Below are positions 15,337 through 34,725 of a stretch of 64,000 nucleotides of DNA, in pieces. The notes below the pieces were generated by a model. The model did not search any database, was not told the DNA's origin, and saw only the letters and a list, made by a program, of their open reading frames with translations. The stretch lies in NCBI RefSeq assembly GCF_009914755.1, contig NC_060928.1. One strand, 5' to 3'. Numbering within the stretch: position 1 is the stretch's first letter; each line of letters starts with the position of its first letter. Source of the stretch: the human T2T-CHM13v2.0 reference genome, Homo sapiens. Made by a program: the position numbers and the translations under genes.

Positions 15337-16253
15337 GTAAAGCAAATGAAGTCAAAGCCAACTCTGTGGAAGTTGAAATCCTGAATCCTAGGAAGAATTA
15401 GATATTTGTTGAAGGAAAAACTACAATAGTTAACCATTTTTTAGGTTAAAATTTTTAATGATCTTACTAAAATATAATTCACATAATGATAAAAGTATTG
15501 ATTCCAAAAGATATACTCATCCCTCAAGTTTTATAGTACATAAATAATAATGTTAAAGCTTTGCAGATCCATCTACAAAGATTTCTCATTAATTTTGTTA
15601 TATTCAACAGGAGTGCACAGTATGATTTCGTTTTTATTTTGAGAACAAAGTGACTTAGTCTTACTCAACCGGCAGATTCATTGAATAGTAAATTCTTTTC
15701 CCCTAATGTGTGGCATTCTCTGTTGCTTACCTATAAGAAAAAGAAGTTAGTTTGAAGAAAAAAAGTTTGTTTATATTTTTAAAATTTTTCTCAAATTAAC
15801 ACGTGCAATATCGAAAGTACAAATAATAAAAATTTTATAACAAAAATAACTGCCTTCAGCCTCAATTGTCCTTACTGTAAGTCCCACTTTACTTCCTCAT
15901 GTCACCTCATAATTATTTTATGGAATTTATATTTAAATCAGTAGTTGGGGTTTATATTTTTACAGCTGTATTGATACCATTCCTGCTAAGCCAAATAGAG
16001 TCCTATATCCTTTTTTAAATATATATTTTTCTCATCCATGAGTTGTAATTGTGTTCTTCATTTTACTGTTACTCTATATATGCATAGGTATATATGCTTA
16101 ATAATCATATACTTAACACTTTGTTTCCCACCACAGGCCACCTGCAGACCCTCCATTCTCCTACTCCAATCTGTGCTCTAATTCTTCCCCATGTCTCTTG
16201 TCCTGGGAATTTTTTTTGCCATCTTCCTAGGATTTCCTTTACTTGTCTCCTGA

Positions 16254-17774
<1,521 letters not shown>

Positions 17775-18126
17775 TAAAAATTAATTTTTAATTAACAAAA
17801 ATGGTATATATTTATCTTGTATAACATGTTTTGAAATAGTCTTTTTATTTTTTAACTTTATCCTTAAATTGAATTTTTTAACTCTTTAAATTTGTTCTTT
17901 GATTATTATTTTAAAACCTTTTTCTGTTTTTATAAAATATTTTATCTCATAGAGAATAGTATAGTTTTTGAGATTTAAAATGCCTGTCAAGTGTTATTTT
18001 ATTGGAGACCCATGCTTAATGCTTTAAAATTTTCCCTTGAGGAAGTGTTACAAGATTATAATGTTATCATTGATGTTTTTGTGCCTGAATTTTGGCACTT
18101 AAAAAGTGGGATATAAGATTTTTTTT

Positions 18127-18210
18127 CATGTATACATATGTAACTAACCTGCACAATGTGCACATGTACCCTAAAACTTAAAGTATAATAAAAAAAAAAC
18201 AAAAAAAAAA
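18127..18210 (+). mobile_element. Extremely 5'-truncated young L1PA insertion
   Basis: CATGTATACATATGTAACTAACCTGCACAATGTGCACATGTACCCTAAAACTTAAAGTATAAT plus polyA; TSD AAGATTTTTTT(T)C. Confidence 0.92.
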
Positions 18211-18289
18211 GATTTTTTTCTATTGAAAACATATTTTCCTTCTTGACTTAATTTCTCTAAATGTTCTTTTTCTTTCTTCCCCTTAACAG

Positions 18290-18378
18290 ACCATAAATAC
18301 TGTATCAGAAGTTATTCGAGGCTGCCAAGTAAACCAAGACTACTTTGCATCTGTAAATGCACCTTCAAACCCACCAAG
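18290..18378 (+). CDS. USO1: USO1 coding exon
   Basis: aacag|ACC..AG|gtag; TINTVSEVIRGCQVNQDYFASVNAPSNPP(R). Confidence 0.96.
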
Positions 18379-18782
18379 GTAGAAAAAGGGAAATACTGAG
18401 ATTACTCTGAGGAAGTAAAAACTTTGGGTTGTTAATGTATCTCATATACACATCTTACTCTTTTTAAAGAAGTTTAGTTGTATGTTTTGGAACTAGAAAT
18501 TATCTGACAAGATAAATGATATTGATATTTTAAAAGAGTTGGTAGTCTTTGGAATTTAGATACTTAGATTCAGATATCATGTCGTCCACATCCTAGCTGT
18601 ATGCCTTAAGCAAGCAGTCACTTCACTTCTGTCAGTTACAGTTTTCTGTGAAATAGAGATGGAAATACTTAACTTGCTGGTGTTCTGGTTATGATTCTTC
18701 AATCAACAAAAATGACTAGTTATTGACTTGTATACTTGGGTTGCAATGTTTCATTTTGTTCTTTTCTTTTTAAATGCAACAG

Positions 18783-18937
18783 ACCGGCAATTGTAGTACT
18801 TCTCATGTCCATGGTTAATGAAAGGCAGCCATTTGTTTTGCGCTGTGCTGTTCTCTATTGTTTCCAGTGTTTCTTGTATAAAAACCAAAAAGGACAAGGA
18901 GAAATCGTGTCAACACTTTTACCTTCTACCATTGATG
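18783..18937 (+). CDS. USO1: USO1 coding exon
   Basis: caacag|A..G|gtaaat; PAIVVLLMSMVNERQPFVLRCAVLYCFQCFLYKNQKGQGEIVSTLLPSTID. Confidence 0.97.
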
Positions 18938-19384
18938 GTAAATAATTTAGTTCTAATTTTTATTTGAAAAAGTAAATCATTGTCTTCCAAGCTTTTAATT
19001 GATTCTTTCTTTTTATGCTTTAGCCTAAAATACTTTGCATGCTTAGGAGAGAAAAAAAAAAAAACAAAAACACCTGAATTCTAAGGCCTGCAGGTAAATT
19101 TAGACAACAGGCTTTGGAGTCAGACCAGAGTTTGCATTGCAGAATTTTCACTTTTGCTGTATAACTTCTGCCGTATAACTTTTTAACTTGAGCCTCACTG
19201 AGTTATGGGGGATAATAATACTCATCTCTATGTGGGGTTAATACCCCATTAGGAACATTGTGAGGATTAATGCAGTTACATGCATTACATTACATAAAGT
19301 ACTCACGCCAAAACTTAGCATGTATAGATGCCAGTAAACAGAATCTACTGTTAATTATAATTGTCATTCTAAAGATGAATTTTG

Positions 19385-19733
<349 letters not shown>

Positions 19734-20124
19734 CTAGTATAGGTTAGAGTCATTACCCTTTTTATGGGGTCTTTAAATATTTCATCTTACCTAAGATAAA
19801 TTTTTTAAATGTTTACCTTTGTTAACTTTTAAACTTCAAGAGCAGTTTCATAAAGGTAATTGGAAACATCAATAAAACTCATTTTAATTACATACATTGA
19901 GGTTTTTTGTTAGAATTTAAGTCTGTTTAATTATATTTACCAAAAAAAATTTGGTAAAAAATTACCATAAAAAATTATTGATCATTAATGAAAATAAGAC
20001 CCTGATGTAGTAGAATGATCAAAATGTGGCATTTCCTTAAGTTTGTTTTAGAAATGTTGTTTTTAATTAAGGTAATTTTTTGGAATGTTACCATCATCAG
20101 TTTAATGCCGAAAATACTGTAATA

Positions 20125-21325
<1,201 letters not shown>

Positions 21326-21346
21326 TGTTTCTTTTCTCTCTCTCCT

Positions 21347-21581
21347 TTTTTTTTTTTTTTTTTTTTGAAGATAAGGTATCACTCTTGTCCAGGTTGGAGT
21401 GCAGTGGCGCAGTCCATAGCTCACTGCAGCCTCAAACTCCTGGGCTCAAGTGATCCTCAGGCCTTAGCCTCCCGAGTAGCTGGGACTGCAGGCATGCACC
21501 ACCAACTCCTGGCCTCAAGGGATCCTCCCACCTCAGCCTTCCAAAGTGCGAGAATTACAGGCGTGAGCCACCATGCCCAGC
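21347..21581 (-). mobile_element. AluJ with internal deletion
   Basis: Alu consensus. Confidence 0.85.
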
Positions 21582-21827
21582 CTCCACCTGTATTTCTTTG
21601 TTCTATTACTTTTCTTCCAAGATAACTTTCTCTCATTGTTCATTTTGCTTTGAAAAGCAGACTTTTATCATTTTGAAAGTATATTTAATACTACTCATTA
21701 ATACATGTTTAATGATTATATTTAATGGTATTTCACACTATTTTATGTGTACAGAAAACAATTTATTTAAAATTTGGTTTACGTCAAAATCTAATATATT
21801 TTTATTGTCTGCCTGCCATCTTTGTAG

Positions 21828-22039
21828 CAACAGGTAATTCAGTTTCAGCTGGCCAGTTATTATGTGGAGGTTTGTTTTCTACTGATTCACTTTCAAACTG
21901 GTGTGCTGCTGTGGCCCTTGCCCATGCGTTGCAAGAAAATGCCACCCAGAAAGAACAGTTGCTCAGGGTTCAACTTGCTACAAGTATTGGCAACCCTCCA
22001 GTTTCTTTACTTCAACAGTGCACCAATATTCTTTCACAG
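21828..22039 (+). CDS. USO1: USO1 coding exon
   Basis: tgtag|CA..CAG|gtaaag; ATGNSVSAGQLLCGGLFSTDSLSNWCAAVALAHALQENATQKEQLLRVQLATSIGNPPVSLLQQCTNILSQ. Confidence 0.97.
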
Positions 22040-23473
22040 GTAAAGTTTTGCATAAGGGAAAAAGTTCTATACATTTTGATGTCAGTGATACAGGATTTAA
22101 GGATGTCTTTAGAAGATGCAGATGAAAAAGGACAGAGAAGACTTATTCTGTTTATTAGTTCATCATAATCAGAAACAGTTTTGTGGAGAAAAAGCAATAA
22201 ATACTCTTAGAGGAATAGTTTTGCTAAATAGTTATAAGGTCTGCATCATGATGAAAATACATGTTCTGGGCAGAAAGGTATTTTGAGGGTTTTGTCTTGT
22301 TTTTAAATTATCCACAGTGTTCTTGCATGTCATTTTTCTCTTTCTTCTCAGTAACTGAATTCAGGTTAGTTTATGGGAGGGAGTAAAGTAGTTCATAGCT
22401 GTGTATTTCCCTCTTTCTCTTCCCAAAGCAATTGATCATCTAGAAACAATGGAACAGTGGTCCCTTGTATATATAGTTATACAGTATATCCCCTTGAAGT
22501 TTGTGAGTTCTTCAATCCTTAAGTCCCCGGTGCATATAATTTACCTAGTAAGATGGAGGAAAACATAACAAAAAATTTTTGCATGTCTTAGACTCCTAAT
22601 GAGAACAACAAAGCTTTATTGAAGTGTAGTTGCTAGGCATTTAGGAATGTCACTTTTTGTTACGTGATTTCCCCACATGTACCAGCCTTGCTATTGAACA
22701 GTTCAAGTTCATGCTTTAGCAAAACTCTAAAGTCATTGACGTTTAGAGTCACTCAGGGAAAGTAAAAATGTGACTAAATCTAAAATTGTTCTGTACACTG
22801 CTCTAGCAGTAGTTATCCTACCCACTCCCCATAATAATGTGGTTGTGTCCTTCTTTAGTTTTAATCCTGCCACACTCGTTGAATTTTTCCTTATTTTGAG
22901 CTTTTAAAGAAACATTAGCTCCATCCATAGAAATTATAAATGAAAGCTTAAAAAGTAACTATAGTGAAAAGGAAGTTGAAGTTTAAAATTGGTTTACTTT
23001 AATTGAAAGCTTATTTTGTCTTTATCACTTATCTCTTAGAGATTAAAAAAACTATCCCAAATTTTTATGTCTTTACTTATTACTTGGCATTCTCATGTTG
23101 CTATCTGTTAACAACAGTTTTATTTTAAAGCCAAACAGTAATTATCTCTCTCATCACCATCACCACAGACTTCACTTTAACATTGAAATTACAATGAATG
23201 CCTGATGAGAAGTGCTAAAGATGGTGGTGTCTTCCCCACTCTTAAGTAATCACAGTGCTATAAAATTATCCTTTATCTTCTAAAATATATAGCCTCTAAA
23301 TGTATCCTCTAACTTTTTATTGTATAAAAGAAGTATCATTAGAACCATCCTGTCCCAAATTATTGGCTTGAGTTTGTAGAGAGACTATGAAAAAGTATTT
23401 GAGGGATTTTTCCAGATTTAGACTTTTCTAAAGTAGTAATATGTATGAATAATTTGTAATGTATAATTTGCAG

Positions 23474-23494
23474 GGTGATAAGATCGACAGACGG
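23474..23494 (+). CDS. USO1: USO1 21-nt alternative microexon (GDKIDRR)
   Basis: ttgcag|GGTGATAAGATCGACAGACGG|gtatgt; phase 0-0 and frame preserving; the 962-aa count closes without it, so it is a cassette. Confidence 0.88.
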
Positions 23495-24050
23495 GTATGT
23501 ATCACTTGATTAAGCTTAGGCATTTTCCTCTTATAGCAAAGCTTTTTCTCTGTCTTGGGTTTTGCTGATTGGTTTTTTTTTAACTGCTTGTTTGAAGTTA
23601 CATTCTACTCACACTTTTGCGTGTCAGCCAATTTATTTCTATTGTAAATGGCTCTCCAGTTTTTCTCCATGGGATATTGTATTGGTGTTACTAAACACTG
23701 TGGGAATGAGAATCTGAATCTATACTTGTGCTTCTTCTGGGGATGCTTGCACTTTCTGGATTTCCTTGGTTTCGGTTTTTTGTGTTTTTTCTCCAAGCTT
23801 GCCTATTTATTTCCTCTGAAGCCATTTCAAAGGAAGTAGAATTCAGGATTAAGAATTTTGTCTTTAATTAATCAGCATATGAAAGAATCTGATGATGATT
23901 TTTATACTAGATTATTTAAAATGTGCAATAGTAAGTATAATTTTATAATTTGAAATATTTTAAATGAAATATTATGGATTATTCTGAATATAATCCATAT
24001 GCTACAGCTACCACTGAGGATTCGTTTTTGTTGTGTGTGGGGAAAGTGCT

Positions 24051-24081
<31 letters not shown>

Positions 24082-24451
24082 GTGTGAGTATTTGGCAGAA
24101 AAGGAGTGTACCTTAATATCTATGTTTGGGCATGGGTTTCAGTTGAATAATGTGGGTAGTAATAAATGAGGTCCTGTTATGAATTGTATCTTTGTGTATG
24201 AGCATGATTTAACATGTGTCATTAACTTACACACACACATACATATTTTGCAGCTTTAGCCTGCAGAATTTTATATTAGGGAAAGTATTTTATAAGTATA
24301 CATGTCAGTCATTTGAAAGGGAATTTTTTTTGAGGTATTAATTTATATACAATAAAATGCACAGACCTTCTGTGTTTCATGTGATGATTTTTGGTGTTTG
24401 AGTGTATCTCTGTAACCACCACCCAAAACTAGATGTAGAACGTTTTCATAA

Positions 24452-26071
<1,620 letters not shown>

Positions 26072-27776
26072 ACATTAATTTTATAAATTAACTTAGAATT
26101 AACACCTTTGTGATGTTGAGTCTCCTATCTAAGAACATGGTGGCTTTCTATTGGTTTATGTCCACTTTTGTGCTCTTTAGGAGTGTTTTAAAATTTTCCT
26201 TGTTTAGATTTTATACCATTTTGATTAGGTTCACTCCTGAGTACTTTATCTTTTTTTGTCTCTGTAATAAATGGAGTGTTTCATTCTGTCTTTTAACTGG
26301 TTATATTTGACTTTGCTCTTCTTATCCTTCAATTAGACCCCAAAAGCCATGCTTTTAGAAGATTCTGATTTAAATCTTATTCTGTTTTTTTTTACTCATA
26401 CATCAGCCAGTGATTTGATAGGATGTTCTTATATATACATTGTGGGTATATTTGGTACCTGCAAATGGTTATGCTAAGTAATAATGAACTTATATATAAC
26501 CAGGTAGATGAACAAAACATTTGCATTTGTAACTCGAGTAGTTGTAAGTTTTCTGTGGCACATAGTCAGTTGGCAGTGACTGGTTTTTAACTTTCCAATT
26601 TACATGGATGACTTGAAGATATATTGTGGGCATGGTAATGACGTAGAGGCAAGGAAACAGTAAAAATAATGCATCATGTAAAAACTAAATTTGTATCAGT
26701 GCTTACCTGGCAAATCATTTGAAGAGGTCCTGTTTGAACTTAATTCAATATTAAATATACCTAAAAATAGATTATAGAAGAGTCAAGATATTGGCATCAA
26801 GGTTTGTGAAATTAGAATAGTCTGGGTGGTAGAAATTTTTCGGAACACAGTGATGATTACTTTAAATTCATTCCTTGTCTAGATCTTTGAATTATATTTC
26901 GGACATTTTATGAGACTTTCCCCAAAGTGATGCATTACTATTCTGATTTTCATTATTTTATTTCAAACAAGTTTTGTTTTGTTTTGTTTTTTTAAAAAAA
27001 GATACAGGTTATAGGAATATAAATATGGGCACTGTCAATATTGTGAACTAAGAGAATATTCTACCTAGGAGATGTAAATGTGTTGTATTAAAATTTTGAA
27101 AACTAATTTTGCTGGATATGCTAATTTTCATTATTAACTATACTTGGCAGCTGTTAATGGTTTGGGGGCACTTGGCTAATTTAAATCTTCCTCTTGATTA
27201 TGTTTGTGATTTCTCATCTGGTGTGTGATGACTGAATTTGTAGTATGGTTTATTTATTGTTAGAGAATATATTCTCTCATGGAATTTGACTAAATGATTC
27301 AGGGGATTATTTTTTGCATTTTTCTTGATTTTTTTGTTTTTTGTTTTTTTTTTGAAGGAAGTAGAATTTTCCTTTTATCAGGAACTTGTTTTTAAACTTG
27401 TGACTGAAATATCATAAATTTGCTTGGCAAATTTATTGTAAAGGGTCTTGGGATTAATAGATTATTTTAAAGCCTCCACACTGATTTTTTTCCTTAGCAG
27501 ACAAGGTTTTTAAACTAATCATATTTTAAATAACCCAGTATATGCCTCTGAACATGAATCAGTTCTAATTTCTGCACTCTGTTCATTTTAGGAAGTGCAG
27601 CCTGTGGTGCATACAATAATTTATTCTCTTGTTTAGTTTTTTAAAACTGGATTTCTGGCTCATCTCTTGTAAGATGTTAAAGTTCTTTTCATGCAAATGG
27701 AAGGGATCTTAGGGCAACTTTAAGTTTGAAAAATATAAAATGAATGGAAAGATTTCTACCAATTTATCTGTTGCAG

Positions 27777-27887
27777 GGAAGCAAAATACAAACAAGAGTT
27801 GGATTATTAATGTTGCTTTGTACCTGGCTAAGCAATTGTCCCATTGCAGTAACGCATTTTCTTCACAATTCAGCCAATGTTCCATTT
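27777..27887 (+). CDS. USO1: USO1 coding exon (followed by U12 intron)
   Basis: ttgcag|GGA..TTT|gtatccttt; GSKIQTRVGLLMLLCTWLSNCPIAVTHFLHNSANVPF. Confidence 0.96.
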
Positions 27888-28505
<618 letters not shown>

Positions 28506-28624
28506 CTTACAGGACAAATTGCAGAAAATCTTGGAGAAGAAGAGCAGTTGGTCCAAGGCTTATGTGCCCTTTTGTTGGGCATTTCGATTTATTTCAATGA
28601 TAACTCACTTGAGAGCTACATGAA
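28506..28624 (+). CDS. USO1: USO1 coding exon
   Basis: ttcag|CTT..AA|gtaagt; LTGQIAENLGEEEQLVQGLCALLLGISIYFNDNSLESYM(K). Confidence 0.96.
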
Positions 28625-28772
28625 GTAAGTAAGGGGAAGATGGTTTTCTAATGGCATCAAGAGATAATGATGCTTTTTTTTTTTTTTTGCCAAAGCATTA
28701 TGTAGACCAAGCTTTTATGTTTTGTTTTGATTTTATTTTTTTTAAAGCATCTCAATATGCTTATCTCCGTAG

Positions 28773-28954
28773 AGAGAAGCTAAAACAACTGATTGAGAAG
28801 AGGATTGGCAAAGAGAATTTCATAGAGAAACTAGGATTTATTAGCAAACATGAGTTGTATTCCAGAGCATCTCAGAAACCCCAGCCAAACTTTCCCAGTC
28901 CAGAATACATGATATTTGATCATGAGTTTACGAAGCTGGTAAAAGAACTTGAAG
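28773..28954 (+). CDS. USO1: USO1 coding exon
   Basis: cgtag|A..G|gtaaga; EKLKQLIEKRIGKENFIEKLGFISKHELYSRASQKPQPNFPSPEYMIFDHEFTKLVKELE. Confidence 0.97.
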
Positions 28955-29233
28955 GTAAGACTGAAGATTTATATTGATATTTGATGGAAAGTAATTATAT
29001 TTATATTGTACATGTATATTCTGGATGCATACAGGTTATATGATAACTCTAAAGGTATATTTTCTTCCTAGCTCTTGATCTGTAGCCCATTGAAGGACAT
29101 TTGGCTTTCAGTAGGATTGAAAAGATTATTTCTTACCTATCATGGAGTTAGGTTATATGTTTTTACTAAGTCTTAGTAGTAAAATAGTATTTAAAACATT
29201 TAAAACAAATTTTAAATAAGCTTCCTTTTATAG

Positions 29234-29355
29234 GTGTTATAACTAAGGCTATTTATAAGTCCAGTGAAGAAGATAAAAAAGAAGAAGAGGTGAAAAAAAC
29301 ATTAGAACAGCATGACAATATTGTGACTCACTACAAAAATATGATTCGAGAGCAA
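29234..29355 (+). CDS. USO1: USO1 coding exon
   Basis: atag|GT..CAA|gtaagt; GVITKAIYKSSEEDKKEEEVKKTLEQHDNIVTHYKNMIREQ. Confidence 0.97.
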
Positions 29356-29908
29356 GTAAGTACTAATGAACTGTATATACCCTCTGATTACCAATAGGCA
29401 CTTTCTGCTTTAAGGGAGCCTTTTTTTCTGACATTTCAAATGAAAGAGGATATAGAAAGCAAAACCCATCATTTTTCAAAGCATCTGAGTATTCAACAAA
29501 CAGAGTGCTTAATATGTGCTAAGCACCATGCAGCTGATTTATTAGATAATGATGAGTGGATAAAGATGAAACTACAATTGAGGAATCATCAGTTGACATT
29601 TTCTTTCCAGGATACCAGTGAACTTTCATTACTTGCATTGTGTTGAGTACCCTAAACCTTCATTATATTCCTTCAAAATGTTTTCTTGACTTTTACTCTC
29701 ATTTAATTTCTTATGATATTTACCTTGATTGGAATTCTAGAAAGTGCTGAAAAATGAGGTTATTAATGTTGTTAAAATTCCAGTGTCATAAAAAAATACA
29801 ATAGTGGCAGACCCTGTGGGACAGATTCATCCCCTTCCCTCTACTGCTCTCCACACCTGTCTACTAATTGTGCACAGTTTATGGCAGGTGTGGCAAGTAA
29901 AAGCATAG

Positions 29909-30276
<368 letters not shown>

Positions 30277-30800
30277 TACTGAGATTAAAATTTTAAGAAA
30301 GAATGAAAATATTGTGGTATATTTAGCATTCATTCTAAGCTTTTCAGTTTAAAAGTAAATCAATCAATAAATTATAATCTTAGAATGGTAAAATTTGAAT
30401 CATCAAACTACCTATGGTTATTAGGATTTTTCATCTATATCTGGGTACAAAGATGGAGCCATTTCCAGTTGCTAAAATGTAATAATATCTTTGGAACAGT
30501 GAAAAAAACAAATAGTTGTAATGTGATATAGAGTCTATACTTGGGGCTGCAAATACAGTTGATTTGGCAAAAGAAAAGAGTGATTGACACAATTACTCTA
30601 ATGACTTCCTTAGAAATGTTCATTTTAAATATTCTTACCATTTAAAATGCTATTTGGCATTAGTCCACAAGCATCTAGAACTATAAAATGTTTATATCCT
30701 TTGAATGACATTTGATAATTCATCCTAAGGGAATTCTCCAAAATTCAGGAAAACAATTATATGGACTAAAATATATAATGTAATGAAATTTGTCACTTTG

Positions 30801-31346
<546 letters not shown>

Positions 31347-31466
31347 TAGATAGGATTAAAAATTATGGTTTGAAAACTATGTAGCAATATGGGGAAATTA
31401 TGATAGAATGTTAAGTAAATTAAAGGCTACATAATTATATATATATACCTATTGTGACAAATTTTA

Positions 31467-31829
<363 letters not shown>

Positions 31830-32286
31830 TCAAATTCCAACTATAGTTTTATTATGATGGTAAAAGTTGGAAGCTCTTTTTTCAATTTCCTATATTTATT
31901 TTCTCATTGGCTTTTAATATTAAAAATAATATAGAAGCATATGTATACATACATATACTAAATTTCTTAAATAGTTTGATGTAAATTTTTAAATGGTTTT
32001 ATGACCATAAAATGGAGTTTTTTCATTTTATTTCCCACTATAATTGCAGGCTATGCCATGATGTTTATTAATGGAGCCTTCTTTGAAATCTTGTAGTTCT
32101 GCTGCATGTTAATTGGCCTTGATGGATATATTAACACACCAAGTTGCTTAATTACTGAACGATTTTGGAAGTGTTAAGCACTTTAGCATACTGTCCCAAA
32201 ATGACCTCTAATTTTTAAAATGTGTTCACCTTCTTAATGCTAACTAGTATGACTTTAAAACACATGAATTATGTTTTGTTTCACAG

Positions 32287-32425
32287 GATCTCCAACTTGA
32301 GGAATTAAGGCAGCAGGTTTCTACATTAAAATGTCAAAATGAACAGCTCCAGACGGCAGTCACACAGCAAGTATCACAGATCCAGCAGCACAAAGACCAG
32401 TATAATCTTCTTAAAATACAGCTAG
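32287..32425 (+). CDS. USO1: USO1 coding exon (coiled coil)
   Basis: cacag|GAT..G|gtaagc; DLQLEELRQQVSTLKCQNEQLQTAVTQQVSQIQQHKDQYNLLKIQL. Confidence 0.97.
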
Positions 32426-32649
32426 GTAAGCATAGCTAAGCCATCACTATGATAGCACTCAGGTCATTCTTTCCTCAAGAGCTAGACAAAGTAAAAGATT
32501 CTTTCTGTGGACTAGTATTTTTCTAACCTTAATCATGGTGACAAAAATGTAAATCGGAGTTTAAAGCAAAATAGCATGATAGTTAAGAGCAGTTAAGACT
32601 GGACCTTTAGAGATTGAAGTCCAAGCTTCTTGCTACCTGTTTATCTGGC

Positions 32650-32830
32650 CCATTGATTCTCAACCCTGGCTGCATATTAGAATCTCCTGAGATGCTTTTT
32701 TAAAAAAAAATACCAATGCTGATACCACAATAGTGTTTCTGATTTAATAAATCTGGGATTAGGTCCAGGGATCAGTAACTAGTATAAGCCCACCAGGTGA
32801 TTCTAATGTATAGCTGATTAAGAATGACCG
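32650..32830. mobile_element. MER5-like hAT MITE
   Basis: TTCTCAACCCTGGCTGCATATTAGAATC..CCAGGTGATTCTAATG. Confidence 0.7.
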
Positions 32831-33292
32831 CTGTAATCTTTCAGTTTCCTCTTCTGCAAAATGAAGATAGTAATAACATTTGAGAACTAAATGATATAAT
32901 AAATGAAAAATTTAAGTTGTGCCTGGAAAATGGCAAGAGCTCCACTGCTTTTAAATAGTATTATCCTACGGTGCTTGTGAAGATTTTTTAAAAGGATTTT
33001 ATTTTCTCATATTCAGTTGACAGAATTGGAATTAAAATTACTGTAATTCTTAATCATAGATCAGCAGACCATGCAGTTTAGTCAAGGCTGTGCTGTTTTT
33101 TCTCCCAGAAATCTGGAAAATACTATCAGTTCACTATTTTTATCAGTATACCATTCTGCAAAGATGAAATGTGATTGCAAAAGTGCTGCCAAAGTAATTG
33201 AATGAAGAAAATTACATATTTGAATCTTCTACTTCAAAAATGAAAAACTGAAGTTTCCCGTTGGCTTTTAAAATGTTATGTCTGTCTAACAG

Positions 33293-33456
33293 GAAAAGAC
33301 AATCAGCATCAAGGTTCTTACAGTGAGGGGGCTCAGATGAATGGCATTCAGCCAGAAGAAATTGGTAGATTGCGAGAAGAGATAGAAGAATTAAAACGTA
33401 ATCAGGAACTTTTACAAAGCCAGCTGACTGAAAAGGACTCTATGATTGAAAATATG
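33293..33456 (+). CDS. USO1: USO1 coding exon (contains TEKD757 caspase site)
   Basis: aacag|GA..ATG|gtaaag; GKDNQHQGSYSEGAQMNGIQPEEIGRLREEIEELKRNQELLQSQLTEKDSMIENM; counting back from the stop puts D at 757. Confidence 0.97.
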
Positions 33457-33576
33457 GTAAAGTAAATGTTTAAGAAGTTAAAATAAGAGTTCAAGAGTGG
33501 TTCTCATTATCCTGCCTTTTTTTTTTTTCCTTGGATCTCTTAAGCCAGAATATCATATGTTAAGATTTTACAGGAT

Positions 33577-34437
<861 letters not shown>

Positions 34438-34638
34438 TACAAATGGATTTTTAGCCATGAAAAAGTTGTAGACAATATGTGCTGTGTTGGAATTTTATCT
34501 TGGGCATAAAAATTAAAAGGTTGGTGTGAATTTTTTGGTAAGCACATATGATATAGTTTATATGTGTACAGTTCTGTTTTTTTTTCTCATCTCTTTAGAC
34601 TGAATATATTTTATAGTTTATTTTTGTGCTATTTGCAG

Positions 34639-34725
34639 AAATCTTCCCAAACATCTGGCACAAATGAACAGTCTTCAGCAATAGTTTCAGCTAGAGATTC
34701 TGAACAAGTTGCAGAATTAAAACAG
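34639..34725 (+). CDS. USO1: USO1 coding exon
   Basis: tgcag|AAA..CAG|gtaat; KSSQTSGTNEQSSAIVSARDSEQVAELKQ. Confidence 0.96.

Noticed and set aside
18279-18289. CCTTAAC as a second U12 branch site
   Set aside because: It abuts the AG with no spacing, and the intron donor is U2-type GTAAAG
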